Source: Felis catus (taxonomy: Eukaryota). Taken from it: a DNA stretch of 64,000 bases. The stretch is taken from assembly GCF_018350175.1 (NCBI RefSeq), contig NC_058368.1, forward strand, positions 53,074,001 through 53,138,000, in the 5' to 3' direction. The notes beneath the pieces were generated by a model. The model was not told where the DNA came from. It saw nothing but the letters and a program-made list of their open reading frames with translations, and did not search any database. Of this stretch, positions 1 through 12,456 are shown in pieces (position 1 is the first letter of the stretch; every line of letters starts with the position of its first letter). The position numbers and the translations under genes are program-made.

Positions 1-1004
1 TTAGACATACATATTACATACCAAAAGAATAAAAGATTCCCATGTTACAGATCTTTTTACCAAATTAATATTTGACCTGTTTTAGTAGAGGAGAAAATAT
101 GGTAGTTTTATATTAATACGCTGTAGGTAACATTTAGTCTGATATTTTAGTTGACTACATTAAGCAGATTTTTAAGTTGCAAAATATCTGTAAAAAATTG
201 CTTGAGTGAATGTTTTCAATACCTAATGATTTTTCTATAATCTGTGATTTATTTATAAAAAGGATATACTCTTATTGTAGTGACTCAAGCAGTTCGATAA
301 GTATTTATTGATTCTCTCTGTGTGTCAGGAAACACCCCAGGTAAGTCCTCTTTCAGAAGCCCATACTTTCTTTGGCAGGTAGAAATGTGTACAGATAATG
401 GCAAGACATAATGAAAACCACTGCAGTTGAGATAATCACATGTGTTCAGAAAGTCCTGAGGAGGGTGATTTCACATGGCCCTGGTGTCCTTGGGAGCTAG
501 GGTGGGGGTGAGAGGTCAGGGAACACCTTCCAGAGGTAAGACGGTGAAATAGCATTAACAAGGACAAGAAACAGGAATAAGGTATTCTAAGACAGAAAAT
601 CATGGTTGATGCAGGAGGTCATACATATGCAAGGTGCATGTGCAGCTGTAAGTACCTGGCTCGATAAGGGCATGCTGTTTGAAGTGGAAGCCAGTAGACG
701 AGGAGGTAAGAGGGATGAGGAGTGGCCGATATGTTTGAAAGTATGGAAATAAAGATACAATTTCTACATGGCCAAGTAGATGCCATAAAAGTCAAAGCTG
801 TGTCTAAGATGGTTAATTTGCTTCATATACATATATACAAAATCTCCACAGTAGCTTAAGTCAACAGGTAAGTTGTTCTATGTAGGAACCCTGATAGCAA
901 TGAAGAGACAACTTCTTTCTAACAAGGAGAGTAAGGAGAAGGATAAAAAGCAGACATAAGAACCTAAACACTCTGCACATTAGGTCACTGAGTAGAGTCT
1001 ACTC

Positions 1005-1223
1005 CATAAACTGACAAACTTTTTTTATAAAGGCCAGATGGTAAATATTTAAGGCTTTGTAGGTTGTATGGTATCTGTTACAACTATTCAACTCTACCAT
1101 TGTAGCATAAGGCAGGCACACATTAGACACAAATGAATGGGCATGACTATGTTCCAAGGGGGCTTTGTTTAAAGAGCAGATGAAGGGCCACATTTGACCC
1201 CAGCTGTATGTTGCCAACTCCTG
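1005..1223. mobile_element. MER58A-like hAT/Charlie non-autonomous DNA transposon
   Basis: aaactttttttataaaggccagatggtaaatatttaaggcttt...gttgccaactcctg. Confidence 0.8.
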
Positions 1224-1545
1224 GTCTAATGACCCCCAAAGACAGTGCTGTGTTAAGACACAATACCATAATTAACATTTATAATTATGACCTTAGTTCA
1301 GCAAGAAACGGTTTGATTATGTTCCATGTTCTCCATTTAAGAGGTCAGTAAAATTTGTAAAGTGTATCAGAAAGAGTCTATCCAGAATTACAGAAAATAT
1401 TTGGCACTTAAGGGATAAATACTAAGCAAATGGGAGAAAATAATCTAAAAAAGAATAGCATATTTCCTATACGTTTTCAGAGCTGAAGTTTTAACTTGCA
1501 TGGATTTCTGTGCCAACATGTATATAATATTCACACATGTGGTCT

Positions 1546-1815
1546 AGACCTGCACCGTCCAATACAGTAGCCACAACACACACGTGGCTATTGAGCACTT
1601 GAAATGTAGTTAGTACGACTGAGGAAATGAACATTTAGCCTTATTTATGTTTGAGTTAAATTTAAGTCTAAAAGTAGTTACTCATTTCAGTGATTGGAAA
1701 ACGTTAAAATATATTTGAGACAACTTGGGTAAATTTTTTCAACATACCTTTTAGAAATCTAAATACAGACCAACTATTTTTTCATGAACACTTAGTATCT
1801 GACTTGAGCTGTGAA
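1546..1815. mobile_element. Charlie1/MER3-MER33-like hAT DNA transposon fragment
   Basis: gtccaatacagtagccac...gtggctattgagcacttgaaatgt. Confidence 0.75.
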
Positions 1816-2383
1816 TTGCATTATATTTGTCTTGGACAAAATGACCTGTCTATCTCTATTGACTAGACTATCTTATGAAGGAAGTCAACATTTTTTCCAC
1901 CTGCATTTGAAGAGTCGAGAAAGATTAGACCACAGAGAATTTGTGCCCCAGTGAGTTATTGGGAGAAAGGCAATTAAGTCCATAGTCCTGTTATTCTAGC
2001 TCTTCACTCATCCTATTGAACTGTGATGCCTTACTAATTCTTAACGGAATCAAATCCCCCCTGAGATATCTTTAAATCCACATTACTTGGCTAATGTGAA
2101 TTCTGATGTTTGTGAATAGACCAGTAGCTGAAGTGATCAATTGTAGATCCCAAGAGACAGGGCCCCTTGTCCTCCTTGGGCTGCAAGACTCAAAGGGTGG
2201 CCCGACACCTGCAGTTCAATCAAACACACACATTTTGAGGACTCTTTGAGAAAGAGCCAGTAAGATCCAGATTTGCTCTTTGTGAGATTTGCTCTTTGTT
2301 GGCCATATAAGCTAAATTTATGGCAATAGAAGTAAAACCAGACCCAGGTAGAATGACTCCCAGGTAAGTTTTCTTTCTCTCTC

Positions 2384-2405
2384 TTTTTTTTTAAGTTTAT
2401 TTTAT

Positions 2406-2451
<46 letters not shown>

Positions 2452-2620
2452 CACACAAGTGGGGGAGGGGCAGAGAGAGAAGGGGAGAGAGAGAATCCCA
2501 AGCAGGCTCCACGTTGTCAGCATGGAGCCTGATGTGGGGCTTGAACTCGCAAACTGTGAGATAGGACCTGAGGTGAAATCAAGAGTCAGATATTTAACTG
2601 ACTGAGCCACCCAGGTGCCC
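2384..2620 (-). mobile_element. Can-SINE
   Basis: tRNA-derived head, (GA)n, T tail; TSD taagttttcttt. Confidence 0.95.
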
Positions 2621-2827
2621 TAAGTTTTCTTTTTCTTGGCCACTTCTCAATCAAACCCAGTAACACCATAGGTAAAAATCAAAGGCAAAGAAAAGCAACG
2701 ATTTCCTTCTAAAGTTCTCCAATTTGAGATCTCAGCAAGAACATTTTGGATAAGTTTATAACATAAGTTATGATTGTGCTATAATTCCTCCCTGCCGGAA
2801 GCCAAAAGGATAATCAAAACATTAACA

Positions 2828-3060
2828 GGGAAGGAAAAATAAGTTAAAAACAGAGAGAGGCAAACCATAAGAGACAAATACAGAGAACAAACAGGGTTGC
2901 TGGAAGGGAGGTGGGGGGGTGGGAGGATGGGCTAAATGGGTGATGGAGGGCACTTGGGATGAGCACTGGGTGTCATATGTAAGTGATGAATCACTGGGTT
3001 CTGCTCCTGAAACCATTATTACACTGTATGTTAACAAATTCAGACTTCAATTAAAAATAT
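2828..3060 (+). mobile_element. Carnivore L1 3'UTR fragment
   Basis: gggcacttgggatgagcactgggtgtcatatgtaagtgatgaatcact...tgttaac; attaaca flanks both sides. Confidence 0.85.
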
Positions 3061-3779
3061 ATATATATTAACAAGGATACACACTGAGCACCAACTCATC
3101 AGAATGAATGCTGGCAGGAGCTGGGAGGGACTTTGGAACAGTCACTTTCTTCCAGGTCTCCATCATTCCTTACCTCCTACCATGTTTGTTTTGTATTCCC
3201 CCTAGATGACCTCTAGAGGTCCGCGCTGAGCTTGCAGCCACTTTGACAAAGACTCTGGAATCCTTTCCAGCTCTTCCCAGGTCTCCCTGCCTGTGGTACT
3301 GGAGCTGGCAGTCATTGCCCCAGACCCGCAGTTTCTGGCATGGGTCTTAGACTAAGCTGCTCATCATCCAGAACGACAGCACCGCCTCACAACCATCATG
3401 AGGACACTGCTGAAGACCCTGCCACATCTCTCCTGCTCAACTCCATCTTCCAACTTCACAGCAGTTACAAATTCACATGGAGACCTGCCCTATCCTCCTC
3501 ACCCCCATTCCCCCTATATCCCCGTCAGGCCAAATCCCAGCCTTCTTCCAAGATCTGAAGTCCTATCAGTGTGGGAAGACTCCCTCTGTGCTCATATACT
3601 TTTATTCTCATTTGCCTCTGGGACGTAAAGGGGTGGAGGTTTTATTTCATTGGTTGGTTATTTCTCACCTGTTCTGTTCCTTCTCTACGTGTAACTTGAC
3701 AAAGAGCTTTTTAAAAAACTGATGTTAACTACCTGGAATTGAAGTAAAAACTTTTTTAAAAAAAATTCATGTTTTTTCT

Positions 3780-4225
3780 AACCTAAGTATCTGTAATTGG
3801 TAAACCGGATAAACAAAGACTGGATCATGATCTATGCATTCCACAGAACAGTATTAGACATTAGTAGTAATTAGTAATACTGGACAATAGTAGGAGGTGC
3901 TAAGAATAAATGAGTTAGTACCACTACCTTCACCAACAATTTCACAAACATCGTGATGAAGTTTGGTTCCATTTACATGAAGTTCAAAAGCAGCCTAAAC
4001 TAATCTGTGGCTCGAGAAATCAGGGTAGTGGCTACCTCTGAGGAGGAGGAAGAGGAAAGGAATTTTACGGTGGCTCAAGGGAATATTCTGGAGGCTGGCA
4101 ACATTCTATTTCTTGCCCTTGGCAGTCATTACACAGGGGAGTTCACTTTATCACAGTTTATTGAACCATACACTTATGATTTGTGCATTATTCTATATGT
4201 GTTACATTCCAATAAAAATGTTGAG
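3780..4225 (+). mobile_element. Ancient L1ME-like 3' end
   Basis: ttccatttacatgaagttcaaaagcagcctaaactaatct...ttacattccaataaaaa. Confidence 0.7.
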
Positions 4226-4559
4226 AGGTTTGTTTTCTAATACACAGGAAATAAAAATAAAATAAACTATGTTCAGCATTCAGTGATGAAGACTGTTTCT
4301 GAAGTGTGAAATAGGTAATGAGTACCTTGATTTGATGTAGGGAACCTCATTGACACGTCTAATTGCGCCAGAAATTTCACCATTACAAATTCAGCCCTTG
4401 GGGTTAGGGCAGGATCTCGTTATATGCAAATTTTGCACAAAGTGTGTCTTGTTTTCTTGGAGGTTAGCTCACCCTTATAGTGCAGAGCTTAAGTGTGAGA
4501 GCTCTGGGGTCAGAAGGTGCAGCTCACATACTGTAACTACCATTTGCTAGCTGTTCCAA

Positions 4560-5150
4560 AAACTTTTGTTTTATTAAAAAGTTCTTCAAAACTTAGACTG
4601 AAAATACGAACCATTTTGTTTTCTCACAGATTGTGTGGGTCAGGAATTTGTGGAAGTGCTCATCTCAGTCGTCCTCTTGCTCCCTCTGTAGCCTTGACTA
4701 AGGTCACTCAGTGATTCTCAGCTGGAAGATGAGCTGGTCTGGAAGGTTCAAGATGGTTTCATTCACAAGTTTGTTACTGGACATGAAATGACTCAAAGGC
4801 TCTGACTGCCACCAGAACATCCATATGTGACCTCTCCATGTAACTTGACTTCTTCACAATATGGAAGCCTCAGGGTAATCAGACTTCTCACATGGCAGCT
4901 CAGGGTTCCAAGCACAAGGATTCCAGTGCTCAAGGCAGAAGTCAGATGGCCTTTTTTGTTCCAGATGCAGAAGCCGAGCAGTGAGATATCAGCCATTCTC
5001 TGTTAGGTGAAGTAGTCATAAGTGACCCAGATTTAAAAGGAAGAGACAAAGGTCTGATTCCTTCATGGAAGAAGTCACAAGGTCACATTTTCAAAGAACA
5101 TGCAGGATGAGAGATATTGTTGCAGACATTTGTGGAAATAGCCACCTACA
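4560..5150. mobile_element. MLT1-type MaLR LTR inserted in a MIR
   Basis: ttctcacagattgtgtgggtcaggaattt...cttctcacatggcagctcagggttcca. Confidence 0.75.
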
Positions 5151-5330
5151 ATACTTGCTGGGTGACCTTGGGCAAATCTTTTAAACTCGCCAAGACTGTT
5201 ACTTCATTTGTAAAATGATGGTAATAATAACAGCCACTTCAATGGATTACTTTGAGGACAGATGAGAAATACACATTAGGTGCTTAGCACAGTGCCAGGG
5301 TCATGGTAAGAGATCAGGACACATTATTTA
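5150..5330. mobile_element. MIR
   Basis: gctgggtgaccttgggcaaat...catttgtaaaatgatggtaataa...tgcttagcacagtgcc. Confidence 0.8.
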
Positions 5331-6196
5331 TTTACCTCTGTATTAAGGTAGCAGGAGCTGAGAAATAATAGAGGGGGACAAAGAGATGGCTCCAGAAAAA
5401 TAGAGGCTAGAGGGCAGAAGTGCAGAGAGGAAAGGAACAAGCAAGTTGCGCAATAAGGAATGTTTTCCAGGAAGGCAGTGAGGCTCAGAAAACCATGCTG
5501 GGAAAGAACAAAAAAGTGAACTTTCTCAGCTTCCCAATTTTTCCTAGGCTTGCCTCAGTGTCTTGTCAAGCAGGCAGCAAGAGATGACTTGTTTATAAAA
5601 GTCACTTTCATTAGCAACATCAGATTGTCTTCATTCTTAGGGTTGCCAAGGAAAAATAAAAGAGGGACCCTGCTTTTGACACATTCTGACACTGATAGCA
5701 AAGAGTAATCTTTCTTGAGTCTCTAAACAAATGAACACCAACCCTTCTGGGCCATGGTGGTACCCTGGGACTTGCCACGGAAATGGAAGAATGTAACAAA
5801 CTTTAAGTGAAATAAATGGATCTCTTCCAAACAACTCCCAGAAGAGCCAGGTGAAGGGAATCTGTATTACAGGATGTTTTATTAATACTTAATGGAAAGA
5901 ACCAAAAACACTTTGCCACTTGGTGGTTGTGAAATGAGCCTTTTTAGCCAATGATAAAAACAGGAGGCTATGTAAATTAACACTTTGCCTGGAATTAATG
6001 TAAGATTTTCAATCATAGAACTGACTTAGCAGGCATGATGCATCAGTTGACAACTAGTTAAATGGTTCTATGCCATTTTTAATTGAAAAAAAAACAGAAA
6101 TATATGAAATAGTAGATAATAAATACTATCACAAGTTCTCTACATAGATTTAAGGCCACCCTTTCAGCTTGTTAATCAAGAATACTTTAGAAAAAA

Positions 6197-6232
6197 ATTT
6201 TTAATGTTTTTATTTTTATTTTTTTTTTGGGG

Positions 6233-6271
<39 letters not shown>

Positions 6272-6410
6272 GTAGAGAGAGAGGGAGACACAGAATCCAA
6301 AGCAGGCTCTGCTCAGAGCTGTCAGCACAGACATGGGGCTTGAACTCATGAACCATGAGATCATGACCTGAGCTGAAGTCCACGCTTAACCAACTGAGCC
6401 ATCCAGACAC
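6197..6410 (-). mobile_element. Can-SINE
   Basis: Head/(GA)n/T tail; TSD-like aatca(a/t)gaatactt. Confidence 0.92.
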
Positions 6411-6619
6411 TCTGTAAAAGACACTCTGTAAATCATGAATACTTATCAAATACCCACTGGATACTAAATTTGAGCTGTGTGGAAGCCATAGCTTCTACAG
6501 TCTCACAGTGAATATACAAATTTGAGAATGACAAAGTCATATTAATTGTGATTCTGCACCAAAGGAGATGGTTGTGATCTTGGACTTTGAGCTTTCTATC
6601 AAACAATCAAAAATCTTAA

Positions 6620-7130
6620 GAAACTACAAATATTTGCTCAGTGCCTACCATGGGCACAGGTCTTACTATGCACAGGGAGATATACAAAACTGAGGAAGAT
6701 CCAATTGTTATTGTCATGAGTGTCATAATCGAGTATAGGAGACAGGGGCATACATCAATAACCCTTTTATGAAGCTCATCAAGATCAAATATCATAATAG
6801 AAATAAAAACATCATTCTTTGGGGGATATTTGGAACCGAGGGATTCATTCCAACAAGGGTATAGTGAACAGAGAAGGCTCATTAAAGAAAGTGTAATTTG
6901 AAAGAGAGCTTCAAAGAGTAGGTAAATAGCCAAATAGAATAAGAATAGCAAATAGAATAAGTAAATTAAGCAGGCTCTAGGAACAGGAAATTACAGGGAA
7001 CATTCCAGGAAGAGGGAGTTAAATGTGCTGTGAGACCCTTAAAGTCAGAGATTGCTTTTGTTTATTTTCAACACGTTGCTGGCACACTGTAGAAGCTCAA
7101 GAAATGTTAAGTGAACAAGGCATGGAGGGA
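6620..7130. mobile_element. L2 fragments
   Basis: caaatatttgctcagtgcctaccatgggcacagg; tggcacactgtagaagctcaagaaatgtt. Confidence 0.55.
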
Positions 7131-7568
7131 AAGATGTAGAGTTAAAAGGATAGAGACAAAGAGCAAAACAAACAAACAAACAAAAAAAACCAAGAAAATG
7201 AAAAAGAAAGAAAAGGAAAAAAAGAAACTCATGAATGTCCAGTCCAAAAATTCTGACCTTAGTTCCTATGTAATGACATGATGGATTGATGCCATAGGAC
7301 AATCCAACCATACGGTACATAATGAATGGGTATAAGGGGATAGCGGCAGAGATGAACTTCTCTTCTGTTTATTTCCCACCAACTGGGTGTATTCTCCTGA
7401 GTATACAGAAGAGGTGCTTGCCTAATACACTAAATTATAAGAATAGTGTGGCAGACTGAGAGCTAAGCTATCATGATCTTATTTCCAACTCTGCAGTTAG
7501 GCTTGCTCCACTGTATTTTCAAAATTCCCAGGACTTGTTCGACTCCATCTTAATATGAGATAACTGTG

Positions 7569-7763
7569 GGAATAAAAGGCACAGCACAAGGAATATAGTC
7601 AAGGATATTGTAATAGCATTGTATGGTGACAGATGGTAGAGACACTACACTTGTGGGGAGCAGAGCATAACATAGAGATTTGTCAAATCACCATGTTGTA
7701 TATCTGAAATGGAGGTTACATCCTGTGTCGACTACACTCAAATTTTTAAAAAATTAAAGAAAA
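7569..7763 (+). mobile_element. L1 3' end fragment (L1MA9/carnivore type) inserted in a MIR
   Basis: ggaatatagtcaa...tatggtgacagatgg...; TSD atgagataactgtg at 7555-7568 and 7764-7777. Confidence 0.85.
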
Positions 7764-7819
7764 ATGAGATAACTGTGATAATGTTTTAAGCCTTGAAGAT
7801 GCAAGGGGGGAAAAAAACA

Positions 7820-8390
7820 CTACAAGATCAACGCATTTGACTACATAAGAAATAGAAACTTTGGTACAAGTTAAAAAAGGCTAGAAAAAATATAAACAAC
7901 AGAAAGTAAAAAAAAATTGCAGTAAATAAGACAGAAGTATAATATACTTGTTATACGAAAAGATTATTCAGTTTGGTAAGAAACATAGTAAGAAATCAAT
8001 AGATAGATGGTAAAAAGACTAAAATAACTGAGAAATTGCTCACATAAAAAGAGATATAAAACAAAGTGGGAAGCATTCAACCTGGACAGTAAGAAAAATA
8101 ATGCATGTTAAAACAGCTAGATGCCAAGAACAACTATGCTTTAACGTTAATAGCCAATTCTGCCAGGGTACAATAAAATTGTTATATTTTTGCATTGTTA
8201 TGGCAGTATTATTAATTAGTGCAACTCGTAGAAGCCTACTTGACAAGATGTACCAAGAGCCATAACAACTGTGAATCCCACTCATGGGACTTGTCCTCAA
8301 GAAAAATCCAAAAGAAGGGAAATTTATAGATTTGAAGAAATTAATTTCAGTATAATTGTAACAGTGAAAATCTGAGAAAGGCAAAGCAAA
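7820..8390 (+). mobile_element. Ancient L1M ORF2 3' remnant
   Basis: A-rich degenerate similarity to the L1 ORF2 3' region. Confidence 0.5.
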
Positions 8391-10249
8391 TTTAATAAGA
8401 AGTTATTGAACGACTCTCTACATTGTTCTCTGTGATAACAGTGAAGGAAGCCAGGGAGATATAGTTGCTGCCATGTTCAAAAACGAGTCATTAAAATAAT
8501 TGAAAAAGGGAGACTATGAGCCTGCCAGGAGCCACACACTCTCCTCTCGCCTCTGAAGGCTGAGGTTCTGATTACAGGAAGCCCCTCAGAATTACTTGCA
8601 GAGCTTTTAAAATATATACCCGTCTAAGCTCCACCACAGGAGATTCTGACTCAGAATCTACAGATTTCAGTCGTGGGGTTTTTTTTGGGCCCAGTTTCCT
8701 ACACTGAGAAGGTGTAAAGAAAATACACTTGCATACAGATGTGTTTGACATTGCTGATCAGATCATTATGTTTGTCAAATGCTCTATGAAAGAATAGCAA
8801 TACACAATCATGAAAAATTAAATTGTTATAAAATATGGCTTCCATACATAGGGTGCTGGTGACTCTAAATGGATGTTTTGTTTGCCTAAATGTTAAACCT
8901 TTAAGTTACTGAGAAAGTATTATCATAAGTGTAAGTGGTAAATTTCGAACCGGGAAAAATACAAATAAAGGACTAAATTCTAAATTGATTTTATGGCTCT
9001 TCTTTGCTTTTACCACTTTAAAAAACTTAGTGTCTATTATTAAAGATATTCATAAAAATATGTAATTAATGTGGAACTCACTAGCATCCCTACCTTCTGC
9101 TCTGTCTCTCTCTTTCTCTCTATTTCTGTGCCCATTACATACTGTCCCCAAACAGAAATTTCACTTTGTCTATATTGTACGAGAGAACTGTCTTAACTGT
9201 TCCGTTTTTCCATGCTGTAATTCTCACGTTGTTTCCAATGTGTGCGATATTAACAAATCTTAATTGGTTGCATAATAGGAGCAGACAGCCTATACAGTAT
9301 TAAGCCACTTCTACACCACCTATTTTCTGTATGCAAATCAGACAGAAACAAATGTTTGGCCCCAGCTGGGCAAAATGTCCCATTTAGAATTCTTTTCCTC
9401 TTCTTTGTTCTTTGATGTTCTGCAAATGAGCTTTAGAACTCCACTCTTCACACAATTCAATTTTACAGACCCATTATCTGAGATATAATGTGGAGGTTAA
9501 ATATATCAGGGCAGCCATTATGTGAAAATAATTAACAGTAATGAATAATGCACTAATTCCACTGATGAGAGATGGTTATATGTGTAATGAAGTGTTGGGG
9601 CAGCCCTGACAAATGAAATTAAAATATTTAAACACTGTTTTATGATATTACTTTGCTCATATAATTTCCTTTACCTACAATGAGCCACTTGGATTATCGT
9701 CATTATCTTGACAGCTCTGAAGGATGAAATAGTGCGGGTTAATGTGACAGCGATTAGTCAGAGCGAAAATCCATCACCCAGGGCAGAACGGGCTGAGGCA
9801 GAAAAGGCCTCTACACTGTCCTGTTTCCAACACGAGAAGAATGATACTATCAACATCACTTCAATATTAAATGGATAGAATTATCTTGTCATTCAGTTAC
9901 AGCCTCTGAAGAACTACCTATTTGTACCTGCAAAGGAAAGGTCAGCCTTTCTTAATCACCCATAAAAATATGTTGATGGATTCTTTATATCAATAATAGT
10001 GACAGGAGCAGAAGAAAGAAGCGTGACAATTTAAAGGCAAGAAGTTTCTCCCTCAAGTCCTTACAGCTCTTGCCTCATAATTTCTACTCGAATTAAAATT
10101 GAATTTCAGAGTCCAATTTGCTGAGAAGGACTCGGGTGCCTGCTTACTCTCCTTCCTCTGAGATTATTACATCTGACTCCTATTCTGAAAGTGAATTCTA
10201 CCTCTGCTAAACTTTATTCCATGAATACCCTTCGGAATAATTATTCTGA

Positions 10250-10440
10250 AGCCTGCGTGTAACGGCCTTTCAAGATGCGCGAGTTTGAATTTTTAAAACT
10301 CGGTGATGTGATAATCTATCTGCTCCTCATTAAAGTTGATACTAAATTCCGCATTAAAATCCGTGATGGGAGAGGAAGTCATTGGTCACGTGCGCGGGAG
10401 CTGTTACATCGCCAACAGCCGCTCTGCTTCTCATCCTTCT
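10250..10440. promoter_or_regulatory. Small CpG-rich promoter/enhancer-like module
   Basis: Local CpG cluster; gaggaagt (ETS), attgg (reverse CCAAT) and gtcacgtg (E-box) adjacent at ~10372-10392. Confidence 0.4.
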
Positions 10441-10450
10441 GGTTTCTAAC

Positions 10451-10483
10451 CTGACAGAGGGGATATCGTCTCCAGAAATCTCT
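10451..10483 (-). other. Candidate 33-nt exon of an unidentified minus-strand transcript
   Basis: Minus strand ttttacgtattttcctag|AGAGATTT...TGTCAG|gttaga; splice-signal pattern only. Confidence 0.2.
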
Positions 10484-12397
10484 CTAGGAAAATACGTAAA
10501 AAACTTAAAATCCTATGTTTTCACTTTATTCTTCTTTTGCTTCAAAACAGTTGTGAATGAGTAGAGAAATTGCTGCAGTTAGATTTTCAGAGAGTCGTGG
10601 TCTAGTTTTCTCTTTGCCTTTGGTTACGAGATGACTTGCTTTGATTCTGCCCCCACGAGAGCAAACAAGGACACGCCCACTAAAGAGTAAGGTTTATGTT
10701 CTGCTCCACTTTCCTTTAATTAGTTCCGGTGTGCTGCAAACCCTCCTAGGCAGCAATGCGTCGTTATTCAGAGAGGGGAAAACAGCATGTTTCATTGGTT
10801 AATATTCAAAGTCAAGTTTGAAAGTCCATTTCCTGTATTTGGAGCCGGAATCTATTTCCAGAATGACAGGGCATCAGCTCTGCCAGCAAACCTCTGCTGG
10901 CCTGGTCCTGGTGGGCATCAGGACACAACAGCACAACCAGGAAAGACTTGCATATTCATAAACACTTCTCGAAATATAAAATACATAACTCGGTATCTCC
11001 TCTAATGCATGGGTATAGCAGTAGTATACCTATCCCCACGTCAATGGGATAAATCTACAAATACCAAGAAAGCCTCATTTGGGATTGAAATGCTCGTTAT
11101 TCTCTGAATGGACAAAGTTTTGGAGAACAAAAAGCACAACATGATAAAACACTTGTTAACACCAATACTAGGGGAACAAGATAATACTTATGTTAGGGGT
11201 AAGATTAATTCTATAACATCAGTCTATATGGAATAGAACCTCAAGTTAAATCAAAATATCAAGACCTGTTATGTAAGGGTTGTTACTGTAGTTACTTGAT
11301 AATTTACGTGGATACCTAATTTGCAATGTCATTTTGAATGCTAATTTATTACCAGCTCCTATTGCTACCTCAGTCATACTCGAGGAAAAACCCAAAAAGG
11401 GAAAATTTATGCACCAGTCAAAACCAATCTATGTGTGCGAATTTGAAAAGCATATGACATCAGGGGTAACATACGTCCCTATCCCAATAGGTAATAACCC
11501 TTGAAAATAATATTATCCCTTTCCCGTACCTCTTGCATTTGTTTTGGAAAAAAAATTATAATTTGCTTCAATTATCTGACAATGAAGTACCCAGTAATAA
11601 ATCTAACATTAAAAAATCATTTCCAGCAAATTACTCCCATAAAATCAATGAAGGTCAGACTCAGCTGTAGCAACAAATAAATGACGTGCTATTGACAGAC
11701 TAGATGGCCTTAATTGTCATTTATAAAGGTTAAGGGGATAAAACAATCTAGTAGGAAGCAGATGTTTACCAAACAAAAACAAAACAAAATAATGGAGACA
11801 AGTGCGATAAAGGGAGGAAGTTAGGCACGAACGGCCTCAACATTCTTCCAGCCCGGTCCCAGGGCAAAATTGCCAGTTATTCCAAGTCTCGGCAGCACAC
11901 CTATTTGATTCGGTCAATATTTATCTGCTTCGGGGCTGCTTTGTGATCTTTCTACCTTTTATATATTGAAGTCATGAAACAGATTCTCTGCTAATAGAAA
12001 ATGAAGAATTGATAAAATTGAATAACGGTAGCCAGGTTAAAAGCAGACTGACCCACTTCCAAATTCCGGTGGCTACATCTCTGAGAACAGCAAACACGGA
12101 GAGAAGACAGCTTGCTGTTTCTCCGATATGAAAGAAAGTAGCTTGCTAATTGTGACAGCGTCTTTACCAGACAAAACCTAGATTTTAAACATCAATATTT
12201 TGTCCAAAAACTTTTTCAAAAACCAATATCTTGTTTGTAAACACTGTGGAACATAACCAAACCAAATAAATCTGGAAGGATCTTTCTAGCTGATAATCTC
12301 TCCCTCCTATAAATTTTAGCAACGTTTGCTATGGCACGATGGGTCAAATTGCTCTGTCTGTGCAGATTTCTCAGAATTGACTCCAAACTTGTCTTAC

Positions 12398-12456
12398 CTG
12401 GAAATGTCCAGGATCTTTCCTCTGCATCATACACAGGCTTTCGGCTACTGCTTTAA
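12398..12456 (-). other. Candidate 59-nt exon of an unidentified minus-strand transcript
   Basis: Minus strand atcttttcag|TTAAAGC...TTCCAG|gtaaga; splice-signal pattern only. Confidence 0.2.

Larger units (their letters stand above)
9450..12300. promoter_or_regulatory. Putative conserved non-coding enhancer cluster (MEIS/PBX-HOX/homeobox motifs)
   Basis: No recognisable repeats; TGACAG at 9709, 9745, 10000, 10452, 10864, 11693, 12153; TGATGGAT at 9974 and reverse at 9769; many TAAT/ATTA. Confidence 0.55.

Noticed and set aside
2137..2610. 157-aa ORF and other MAQSVK/MAQLVK ORFs
   Set aside because: Read-through of Can-SINEs; (CT)n gives SLSLSL
6405..6432. 14-bp tandem duplication agacactctgtaaa at a SINE head
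   Set aside because: Ordinary small slippage event
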